From positions 69,459-133,458 of IMG/VR virus record IMGVR_UViG_3300019487_000018: 64,000 nt of DNA. One strand, written 5' to 3'. The notes beneath the pieces were generated by a model. That model worked only from the letters and a program-made list of their open reading frames with translations, was not told the origin of the DNA and searched no databases. Origin of the DNA: a virus. Below, in pieces: positions 27,668-35,741 of the stretch. The first letter of the stretch is position 1. Each line of letters begins with the position of its first letter. A program made the position numbers and the translations under genes.

Positions 27668-29446
27668 ACTACCATCGATTTCGATTTTAGTACGGAAACA
27701 ATCACTCCTACCACAGGTACGACATTAACATTGTCGGCCATTGGTTCCGTCGTGATTCCTTTTGGTGCAACGGGCGATCGTCCGGGCGTGCCGGGCGCTG
27801 GTCACACTCGATACAATACAACTCTAGATACTTTGGAGTTTTATAACGTCACCGCCACCGCATGGCAAATCGCTGGTAATACCGAAACGAATGGTATTGG
27901 TGGCCTAACAACAACCGGTGTGGTTGTTCGGACAGGTACTGGTACGTACACAACTCGAACAATTGCCGGTACAGCAAACCAGATTACATTAACGAATGGT
28001 TATGGTGTTGCGGCTGCGCCAACAGTATCAGTACCATCTACATTTATCGCGCCTGGTACGGTTCAAGCCACAGGCAGCTTCATTGCAGCTACTGCAACCA
28101 ACTCGTACACCTCAACTACAGGCACAGCAATAACATTACATCCAGGAGCTGCTGCTACAGCAACGTCTGTTGGAAACACTTTAACGTTGACTGGTGGAGC
28201 TGGTGGTGGCACATCTGGCGCCGGTGGTGCACTTACACTTAATGGAGGTGTCCCAACTTCTGGTGCTGGAGGAGCAATCACGATCGCAGCTGCAGCAGGC
28301 GTCGGTGGCAATAACGTCGGTGGCAACTTGTCGTTAACTTCTGGCAATTCCGTCGGTTCGGGTACAGGCTCAACTGTTACGGTTACGTCAGGTGCTGGTG
28401 GTTCAACGGGAGTTGGTGGAGCAATCTCTATCACGTCAGGTGCTGGTGGAAGCACATCCGGTTCAAGTGGTGCTATTACAATTCTGACGGGAACAGTGAC
28501 AAGTGGAACACCAGGCACTCTTACATTGCAAACTTCGAATGCGACTGGTACAAACCAAAATGGTAGCAACGTAATTGTTACAGCTGGCACTGGTACAGGC
28601 AATGGTACAAACGGTTATGTTGACATGAGTGCAACAATTAATAGTTTGTTGCTTCCAACTGGTACAACAGCACAACGCCCAGGTACAGCTACAGCCGGTA
28701 TGATCCGTCATAATACCAGCACGAACATTCCTGAAATCTTCCACAGCAGTGAGTGGGTTGAAATTGGTATGGATGGTGCTCGTGGATTTGGTATGTTGTG
28801 GGACGACTTTATCAAAGATGTTCTCAATGGTACGACGTGGGAAGTTACACTTTCGGGTACTGGTGCAACGGTTGATAGTGTTTCAACGGGGGTTAACTCA
28901 ACCGACTCGGCACTTGGTGTAATGCAACTTGAAACAGGAACGACAACAACTGGTCGTGCAGCTGTTGGTTCAAGTAATGTCGGACTTGCTTTTGGATTCG
29001 GCTATCACTATCTAGAAATGCGAGTAATGTTCCCAACACTATCAACCGCAGCGCAAGAATATGATGGTTACGCGGGTTTTATGGACATGTTTGGAGCAAG
29101 TGGTAACGGTACCGACGGTGCGTATTTTCACTATGATAGAAACAACTCGACGAACTGGCGAATTCGTGTCATTGGTGGTGGCACATCATCCGTAACAAGC
29201 ACTTCGACAGCTGTTACTGCAGGGCAGTGGTATCGTTTGGGTATTGAAGTAAATGCAGCGGGTACAACCGTTGATTTCTATATCAATGGTGTTAATGTTG
29301 GTCAACACACGGGCGGTAACATTCCAACTGCTGGTGAATTCTTTGGACTTGGATGGAAAATTGAAAAACAAGCTGGTACAACGAACAGAACAATGCTAGT
29401 CGATTACATTAAATATGCATATCGATTAACCAATGCAAGGACATAA
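27668..29446 (+). CDS. Gly-rich tail fibre-like protein with C-terminal lectin-like domain
   Basis: ORF track gives TTG 27731, but the frame is open from 27662 (TTIDFDFSTETITP) behind an AAGGGAGA RBS; xTxGAGG repeats; GQWYRLGIEVN..VDFYINGV. Confidence 0.75.
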   Translation, partial: TTIDFDFSTETITPTTGTTLTLSAIGSVVIPFGATGDRPGVPGAGHTRYNTTLDTLEFYNVTATAWQIAGNTETNGIGGLTTTGVVVRTGTGTYTTRTIAGTANQITLTNGYGVAAAPTVSVPSTFIAPGTVQATGSFIAATATNSYTSTTGTAITLHPGAAATATSVGNTLTLTGGAGGGTSGAGGALTLNGGVPTSGAGGAITIAAAAGVGGNNVGGNLSLTSGNSVGSGTGSTVTVTSGAGGSTGVGGAISITSGAGGSTSGSSGAITILTGTVTSGTPGTLTLQTSNATGTNQNGSNVIVTAGTGTGNGTNGYVDMSATINSLLLPTGTTAQRPGTATAGMIRHNTSTNIPEIFHSSEWVEIGMDGARGFGMLWDDFIKDVLNGTTWEVTLSGTGATVDSVSTGVNSTDSALGVMQLETGTTTTGRAAVGSSNVGLAFGFGYHYLEMRVMFPTLSTAAQEYDGYAGFMDMFGASGNGTDGAYFHYDRNNSTNWRIRVIGGGTSSVTSTSTAVTAGQWYRLGIEVNAAGTTVDFYINGVNVGQHTGGNIPTAGEFFGLGWKIEKQAGTTNRTMLVDYIKYAYRLTNART

Positions 29447-29448
29447 TA

Positions 29449-32400
29449 GTGGATTCCGGCTACACACTAACACTAGACGAACTTAAGGAATACAATATTC
29501 GTCTCGTAAATGAAATTTACGAAGAAACGATTAACGGAGGATTTAGTTACGATAGTAATATCTATGCTTCATCAGAAGATGCACGCGACGATATTGACAA
29601 TGCTATCGTTAATGCACTTACTCGTCGTGTTCAGGATGAACAATTTGATCCAGGATTTGTGTGGTATACAGCAGCCGGCACAGCTGTTACTTTTACAGCT
29701 GATGAGATTATTGAGCTTGGTGATACGCTGCGACAGTTTCTTGCAGCCGCTAAAAGCAACGCACAGGATCATATTGATGCAATTAATGCATTTAGTGTGT
29801 ATCAAGACTTGGCTGATTACGACATCACAACCGGCTGGCCAACCAACACAACGATGTGGACGCCTGAAACATTTGTTGCGTTAAGTTCTCCAAGCGTACA
29901 AGACTCTGATGCTGATCTGGACGCAATCGCAGGGTTGTCAACTACAGGTATTATTGCGAGGACAGGGCCTGGCACAGCAACGACTAGAACAATAACACAA
30001 CCAGCTGCTGGTATTACAGTAACTGACGGCGACGGTGTTGCTGGAAATCCAACTTTGGCTTTGGCAAACGATCTTGCTGCTTTAGAAGGTTTTGGAAGCA
30101 CCGGTTTTGCAGTACGTATTGCCAGCGATAGTTGGGCTCAACGGACAATCACCGGCGCCACGGGTCAGATTACGTTAACATTTGGTAATGGTGTAGCTGC
30201 TAACCCTCTTATTCAAATTGCATCTAATCCAACATTGCCTGGCAACCAATATGTAATTCTGCCAGGTGGAAGTACGGCAAATCGTCCTTCCACACCATCC
30301 GGAGCAATGGCACGGTACAACGCCGAGTTGCATATTTTCGAAGGCTATATTGCTGGTAGTACAAACGATTGGCTTGATCTTACAAAGCAAGGAACTGTTA
30401 CGTCCGTTGACGTAACAGGCAGTACAGGGCTGACGCCTTCTGGTGGTCCGATCACAACTTCCGGATCAATCACACTAACACTTGATACTGGTCTTCAGAA
30501 TCTTGCAACATTTGCGTCAACAGGTCTTGTTGTTGCAACTGGCACAGATACATGGACGGCACGATCTCTTGCGTCTGGAGCAGGAATCAATATAACAAAC
30601 GCTGACGGCGTAAGTGGTAACCCAACAATTTCAAGTACAATTACTCAATATACAGACGAATTGGCACAAGATGCGATAGGAACTATTTTGACAGATAGTT
30701 CATCGATTGATTTCACATATGATGATGGTGCACCAAGTATTACAGCTACCGTTATCGACAACACTTCAACACAAAGAGTCGAAGTGGTAAAAAATAGTGG
30801 TGCTGTTGTCGGAACACGCAAACAACTGAATTTTGTTGAAGGCAGTAATATTACTTTAACGATTGCTGACGATACAGGCAACGATCAAGTTGATATTACT
30901 ATTGCATCGTCAGGTGGTGGAGGCGGAGCTCCTGCAGACGCAACGTACGTTACATTAACTACAAATGCGACTCTTACTAATGAACGTGTACTAACAGGCA
31001 CAATAAACCAGATTGATATTACAGATAATGGTGCTGGAAATACTGTTGTTCTTTCCTTACCATCAATCTTAGTTGCACCAGGAAGCGTTCAAGCAACAAC
31101 TAATTTTATTGCAGGAACAGCAACAGACTCGTTCACAACAACGACTGGTACAAATTTAACTATCCACCCTGGTGCAGCATCGAACGCAACAGCTGTTGGA
31201 AACACTTTAACCGTAAGCGGAGGTCCTGGTGGTGGGACTTCAGGTGCAGGTGGTGCTGTTACCATTCAAGGTGGTATAGCAACAAGTGGTGCAGGTGGTG
31301 CTGTTACCATCGCGGGTCGAGTCGGCGTTGGCACAAATCAAGATGGTGGAAATGTTTCAATCACCGCTGGTAATCCAACTGGTACGGGCACAGCTGGAGC
31401 AGTTACAATCTCGTCTGGAGCACTCCAGGGTGCTGGAACGCCTGGTAATATTAACATATTAGCTGGCAATGGTAACGGCAGTACAACCGGTGGACAGATT
31501 CTTATTCGTGGTGGTTCTGGTGGAACGTCAGGTAATGGTGCACAAGTAACTGTTACAGGAGGACTTGGTGGTTCTACATCCGGTAACGGTGGTTCTGTTC
31601 TTATCCAGGGCGGACAAACATTTGGAGGTGCTGGAGGCGTCGTAACCGTTCAAGGCAACAATGGTGTTGGCACAAATCAAGCAGGTGGTGGTGTAACTAT
31701 TAAAGGAGGATCCGCAACTGGTTCTGGTGCTGCTGGATTAACTCGAGTTGTTGGTGCTACAGGCGCAACAAATGAAACGCCTGGTGCTGTCTCAATTGAA
31801 GGCGGTCCTGCTCAGGGAAGTTCTTTGGGTGGTCAAGTTGTTATTATTGGTGGTACGGCTGCTGGTGTAGGAGCTGGAGGTCAAGTCAGTATTTCTGGTG
31901 GTACAGGAGGTAGTACCAGTGGTGTTGGCGGTGAAGTTTTGATTCGTGGAGGACTTCCAGTTTCCGGTGCCGGTGGACCTGTTAACATCACTGGTCGTGA
32001 TGGTGTTGGTACGAACCAAAATGGCGGTGCAATTACACTAACAGGTGGTGCTGCAACTGGTTCTGGATCCGGTGGTAATATAAGCTTTATAGCTGGACCT
32101 TCACCATCAGGCACAGATGGATCAATCATCTTCACTACAGATGGTACCGAACGATTTGAAATTCGTGGTAATGGCGGATGGGAAGTTGGTGGTTTACAAG
32201 GCACCTCCGGGCAAGTTTTAACGTCAAACGGTGCAAACACCCCACCAACATGGTCAACTATGATCTTCACCCGAGGAGGTACGGTTTTATCTCCATCGGT
32301 TGCTAATATAATAGTATGGAGAGCGCCGTTTGCGTGTACGGTAACAAATGTTCGTGGTTATCGAGTAGGCGGAACAGGTGCGACCATTAACGCTCGAAGG

Positions 32401-32580
32401 AATGGTACCAGTAACCATCTTTCATCCGCGCTTTCGGTAACTTCAACGGATACGTGGATGGACGGTGGTGCTGTGCAAAATACCGCCTATGTTGCTGGAG
32501 ACAAGATGGAGATTATGATCGCTAGTGTTAGCGGTTCACCAGCGCAAGTAGCGGTCCAAGTAGACTTAACCAGACCGTAA
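29449..32580 (+). CDS. Long Gly-rich tail fibre protein with N-terminal DUF4376-like domain
   Basis: 1043 aa, GTG start with AAGGA RBS; N-term VWYTAAG..FTADEIIELG..HIDAINA..YDITTGWP; many (V/I)xIxGG repeats. Confidence 0.8.
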   Translation: MDSGYTLTLDELKEYNIRLVNEIYEETINGGFSYDSNIYASSEDARDDIDNAIVNALTRRVQDEQFDPGFVWYTAAGTAVTFTADEIIELGDTLRQFLAAAKSNAQDHIDAINAFSVYQDLADYDITTGWPTNTTMWTPETFVALSSPSVQDSDADLDAIAGLSTTGIIARTGPGTATTRTITQPAAGITVTDGDGVAGNPTLALANDLAALEGFGSTGFAVRIASDSWAQRTITGATGQITLTFGNGVAANPLIQIASNPTLPGNQYVILPGGSTANRPSTPSGAMARYNAELHIFEGYIAGSTNDWLDLTKQGTVTSVDVTGSTGLTPSGGPITTSGSITLTLDTGLQNLATFASTGLVVATGTDTWTARSLASGAGINITNADGVSGNPTISSTITQYTDELAQDAIGTILTDSSSIDFTYDDGAPSITATVIDNTSTQRVEVVKNSGAVVGTRKQLNFVEGSNITLTIADDTGNDQVDITIASSGGGGGAPADATYVTLTTNATLTNERVLTGTINQIDITDNGAGNTVVLSLPSILVAPGSVQATTNFIAGTATDSFTTTTGTNLTIHPGAASNATAVGNTLTVSGGPGGGTSGAGGAVTIQGGIATSGAGGAVTIAGRVGVGTNQDGGNVSITAGNPTGTGTAGAVTISSGALQGAGTPGNINILAGNGNGSTTGGQILIRGGSGGTSGNGAQVTVTGGLGGSTSGNGGSVLIQGGQTFGGAGGVVTVQGNNGVGTNQAGGGVTIKGGSATGSGAAGLTRVVGATGATNETPGAVSIEGGPAQGSSLGGQVVIIGGTAAGVGAGGQVSISGGTGGSTSGVGGEVLIRGGLPVSGAGGPVNITGRDGVGTNQNGGAITLTGGAATGSGSGGNISFIAGPSPSGTDGSIIFTTDGTERFEIRGNGGWEVGGLQGTSGQVLTSNGANTPPTWSTMIFTRGGTVLSPSVANIIVWRAPFACTVTNVRGYRVGGTGATINARRNGTSNHLSSALSVTSTDTWMDGGAVQNTAYVAGDKMEIMIASVSGSPAQVAVQVDLTRP

Positions 32581-32585
32581 TACGA

Positions 32586-32687
32586 TTACAACTCGTCTTG
32601 AATCCAAGAAACGAACGAAGCAGTGGCTGCAGGTGCAGGATATGGAACTAAATCCTCATCAAACCACGCTTCAATTATCAAATACAT
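32586..32687 (-). CDS. 33-aa small ORF (not in ORF track)
   Basis: MYLIIEAWFDEDLVPYPAPAATASFVSWIQDEL*, preceded by a strong AAGGAG RBS. Confidence 0.5.
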   Translation of the reverse strand: MYLIIEAWFDEDLVPYPAPAATASFVSWIQDEL

Positions 32688-32718
32688 TACTGATCTCCTT
32701 TGTTACAAAACAATCGTT

Positions 32719-33483
32719 CTAAAACCAAGCTTCAATTCTAACATCTGGAAACAACCCCTCGCCCCCACTTTGATCTACTAAGTAGAGAGTTGGTTTCTCC
32801 TTCCCTTCGGGTGGAGGTATAATACCGCGAAGCGTTAATAAATACACACAGGCTCCACCATCTTCTGGTGGAACATCCCACTCGCTGTTATAAGGTCCTA
32901 TGGTTGGAGCAAGTTTCCAACCGATGCCGCCAACAAAGCGCGGCGTGGCCCCGTCCGTTACCGTTTGTACAACTGTGAATCCGGTATTTTCCGTAACTGT
33001 AGTATTCGCCCCAGCACCTTGGAAAACAACAGAAACTAATAACTCATCTTTGAACAGAGTTGTCTCGGTAGTACTATCATACGGGCCCACTTGAGTCGTG
33101 TAGGTAGCGACGCCTTCTTGGTCCAGGAATCCGTCTATCACCTCTAAAAAGAATAAGGTGAGGCTCATATCGTTTGGGGGGTCTGTAAGCGTAACCGTTA
33201 CAGTGTGACCAGACCCCCCGACACCGTTTTCGCAAATAAAGATTCTAGCTTGTGGATCAGAAGTTGGACCGTACGAAGCTTGTGTTCCAATCGTGGTATA
33301 AGTGTTGCCCTTGCTGTCCACAATCGATTCAAAATTCGCGACTGATGGGGTTGGTCGATCCCAAGTGATAGCAGCGATAAAGGTGCTACCAGAGACATTA
33401 GTCGTTACGGCAGCAGTTGTAACAGAATCGTTACTACTAGGCGCAATGCCCTCACTAGACGCTCCAGCAACAGGGGCCGTCAT
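32719..33483 (-). CDS. Putative virion/fibre accessory protein
   Basis: 254 aa Thr/Gly-rich; VDSKGNTYT, GHTVTVT, ELLVSVV; in the inverted cassette. Confidence 0.7.
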   Translation of the reverse strand: MTAPVAGASSEGIAPSSNDSVTTAAVTTNVSGSTFIAAITWDRPTPSVANFESIVDSKGNTYTTIGTQASYGPTSDPQARIFICENGVGGSGHTVTVTLTDPPNDMSLTLFFLEVIDGFLDQEGVATYTTQVGPYDSTTETTLFKDELLVSVVFQGAGANTTVTENTGFTVVQTVTDGATPRFVGGIGWKLAPTIGPYNSEWDVPPEDGGACVYLLTLRGIIPPPEGKEKPTLYLVDQSGGEGLFPDVRIEAWF

Positions 33484-33486
33484 GAT

Positions 33487-33909
33487 TTACTCAACCACAT
33501 TATAATGAAGGTGGATTCTATCCACTGGTGCAAGATGTACAACCTCGTGTAGCCTTAGAAAATCAACTTCATAGAGCCAGCCTTGCTCCATGTGTACTTC
33601 CACACCGTCGTCCGGCCAGCACATCTTAACGTCCGGATGAGTGATTAAAGGTATGTGAAACCGCTTACCTAAATTCGGTGTGTTCCCCCAGAGATCAATG
33701 TGGGGAGGGATTCCTTGGTAAGGGGGGAGTTTTCGCAAACAAATAAACGTAACCTTGCCTGGAGGTTCCAATGTTTTAATAAAAGGAAGCAGCCAGTCCG
33801 GTTTAGCCACCCAACCATTGGTGCCTTTGGTGTCAACAAAATTAACTGTTGGCAATAAGGACAGTGGTCCACTGATATCGATCGGTCTGATTTTACGATA
33901 GCACTTCAT
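33487..33909 (-). CDS. 2OG-Fe(II) oxygenase, aspartyl/asparaginyl beta-hydroxylase-like
   Basis: LPPYQGIPPHID (HxD), RFHIPLIT, HMEQGWLYEVD..LHEVVH..RIHL. Confidence 0.8.
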   Translation of the reverse strand: MKCYRKIRPIDISGPLSLLPTVNFVDTKGTNGWVAKPDWLLPFIKTLEPPGKVTFICLRKLPPYQGIPPHIDLWGNTPNLGKRFHIPLITHPDVKMCWPDDGVEVHMEQGWLYEVDFLRLHEVVHLAPVDRIHLHYNVVE

Positions 33910-34448
33910 CGGACCTCCGACGGCACCAAAGCCTTTAACTCCTCCACATCTTGAGCTGCATCGATACGCGGATCATTTACAAATTTTCGCAATTTTTTCC
34001 GAATGGCATCTATGTCTTCGGCGGCCTTGGTATCCCCTATTGCTGTAGCATCAACCCACTCGCGGTCGAGAGTTAGTAATTTTTCTCCATTAAGATGACG
34101 TAGTACTGCACGATGCAATTCACAAGCTTTTTTCATGTTGTGTTTAATGGCACCTCCCACGTCCTCCAGAGCATTACGGTAGTCTCGTTCTTTTCCAAAC
34201 ATTTCGTGTTGTTCTTGATTTAATCGTCGCCAGCTAATCGTAGCTTTTCCGTCCTGCTGCCAATGACGAGACGCTCTTGCTACCTCGTATTCAATATTCA
34301 CATCACTCGCATCGCGCGAATAAAAACCGTCCTTGTCTGGTCCAACCCAAGGACCTCCTGGATTTCCAGGAGCTCGCATTTTGGTCTGAAAAGCCATATG
34401 AGCGACGGAGCCATCAGAAAGAGAAATTGCAATGTAAACCTCAGACAT
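33906..34448 (-). CDS. Tail-fibre-associated hypothetical protein
   Basis: 180 aa; RDYRNAL..NMKKA..HR..LR..L..LD..IDAA..VEELK, resembling phage tail assembly chaperone-like proteins. Confidence 0.6.
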   Translation of the reverse strand: MSEVYIAISLSDGSVAHMAFQTKMRAPGNPGGPWVGPDKDGFYSRDASDVNIEYEVARASRHWQQDGKATISWRRLNQEQHEMFGKERDYRNALEDVGGAIKHNMKKACELHRAVLRHLNGEKLLTLDREWVDATAIGDTKAAEDIDAIRKKLRKFVNDPRIDAAQDVEELKALVPSEVR

Positions 34449-34824
34449 GTTTAACAGCCTCCCCTAACAAGCTCGACATCCAATCGATTTCGGTGGACGC
34501 AACGCCGGTAACGCGGATGCGGATATCTGAGTCGACGGCATCCACCATAGCAACCACAGTCGCAAGCGCGATCAAATCCCCCAGAGTGCCCTTCGTACTC
34601 AACAAGGAAACCCCAAAAACATCGGCATCCTCCTCGCCTCTCTTGAACCCAAGAGAGAAGTCGAAAACCTTGGTAGCACCGTCTGAAACCCGACGTGCCA
34701 CGACACGCACGGTGAGCCAACCGGCACTGTTTTCCGGAACGGTGAGCACCTGTAACGTTTGCTGAGTAGCGTTGTTGAAAGTGGTAACTTCGTTAGCACC
34801 GAAGCCTTCAATTTGAGCGGTCAT
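34441..34824 (-). CDS. Stand-alone fibre C-terminal-type domain, GC-rich
   Basis: ATG 34824 with GGAG RBS; VRVVARR..IRIRVTGVASTEIDW resembles the C-terminal domain of 26034..27497. Confidence 0.7.
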   Translation of the reverse strand: MTAQIEGFGANEVTTFNNATQQTLQVLTVPENSAGWLTVRVVARRVSDGATKVFDFSLGFKRGEEDADVFGVSLLSTKGTLGDLIALATVVAMVDAVDSDIRIRVTGVASTEIDWMSSLLGEAVKHV

Positions 34825-35621
34825 GGCTGGTCTCCGTAACAAGCCCAAAAATAAGCTTGTGGGTCTTGTGCAGCAAATAGAATTGCTGTGTGGTCATAGG
34901 ATTCGATTTCAAACGAACCGGCGGCCTGACTGTTGTTTCGGATGTTATTGTCTTCTACTCCTGTAGCAGTCAAAGACGTGACACTACGTTGCAAGGTACA
35001 AACAATGGAATAATCACTACTGCTAAAGTCGGTTCCAATATTGACACCTAGTCGGCCAGTACCTGTATCCGAAATACTACTTACGTTGTAGTTCACAATC
35101 AAAGAAGTCCCAGCACCGTTTGCCTTGCCCCAAACCTTAGCGATACCCGGATGGAAGTGCATCCGCCCTGGAGAAACGGTTGTAACTAAACTAGTTGCCG
35201 CCTCCATCTCGTTTTGCGAAGCAATTGCTCCAACTTGGGGGTATACACCACCGTTTGCATCATAGTGAACCCACACGCCTCCTTGAGTAAACACAAGTGT
35301 TTCGCTAGCAAGCAATGTTACCTCAGCTAACGTTTCTACGTTTGTGCCGTCAGTATGTTGTACCGTAACCAAACAGTCTTGTGAAGCGTGATTATTGTAA
35401 ATGTTCAGGTGTTTGACATTGCGTTTACGGTTTGCTGCCGGTGAAGGAACTACCGTTGTCGCCGTAGGAGTTGTAATACTAGCCGTGTTTGTACGACCAA
35501 TGTCCTGAACAACAGGAGGCACTGAATTGTCTGCTTCCATCCACGAGGCATGGACTTCGACGTCAGCCGCCGATCCGGTGATAACTTGAATTAAATCCGA
35601 AGTACTTGTAAGCAATAACAA
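34821..35621 (-). CDS. Putative virion/fibre protein
   Basis: MLLLTSTSDLIQVIT, RKRNVKHLNIYN, AKVWGKANG..YNVSSISDTGTG; TTG start with AAGGAG RBS. Confidence 0.75.
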   Translation of the reverse strand: MLLLTSTSDLIQVITGSAADVEVHASWMEADNSVPPVVQDIGRTNTASITTPTATTVVPSPAANRKRNVKHLNIYNNHASQDCLVTVQHTDGTNVETLAEVTLLASETLVFTQGGVWVHYDANGGVYPQVGAIASQNEMEAATSLVTTVSPGRMHFHPGIAKVWGKANGAGTSLIVNYNVSSISDTGTGRLGVNIGTDFSSSDYSIVCTLQRSVTSLTATGVEDNNIRNNSQAAGSFEIESYDHTAILFAAQDPQAYFWACYGDQP

Positions 35622-35741
35622 ATTGCTCTCCTTATAATTCTGAGCTGTTGCGTTTCTATATATGGTTTATCTTCGCTTCGATTTGCAGACGAATTGTTGG
35701 GGTAATGAATAAATACAAAACTCCAAAAGGACATTAATTTA

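Noticed and set aside
32586-35621. Invertible (Gin/Cin-type) tail-fibre switch
   Set aside because: No flanking inverted recombination sites or serine invertase visible in the window.
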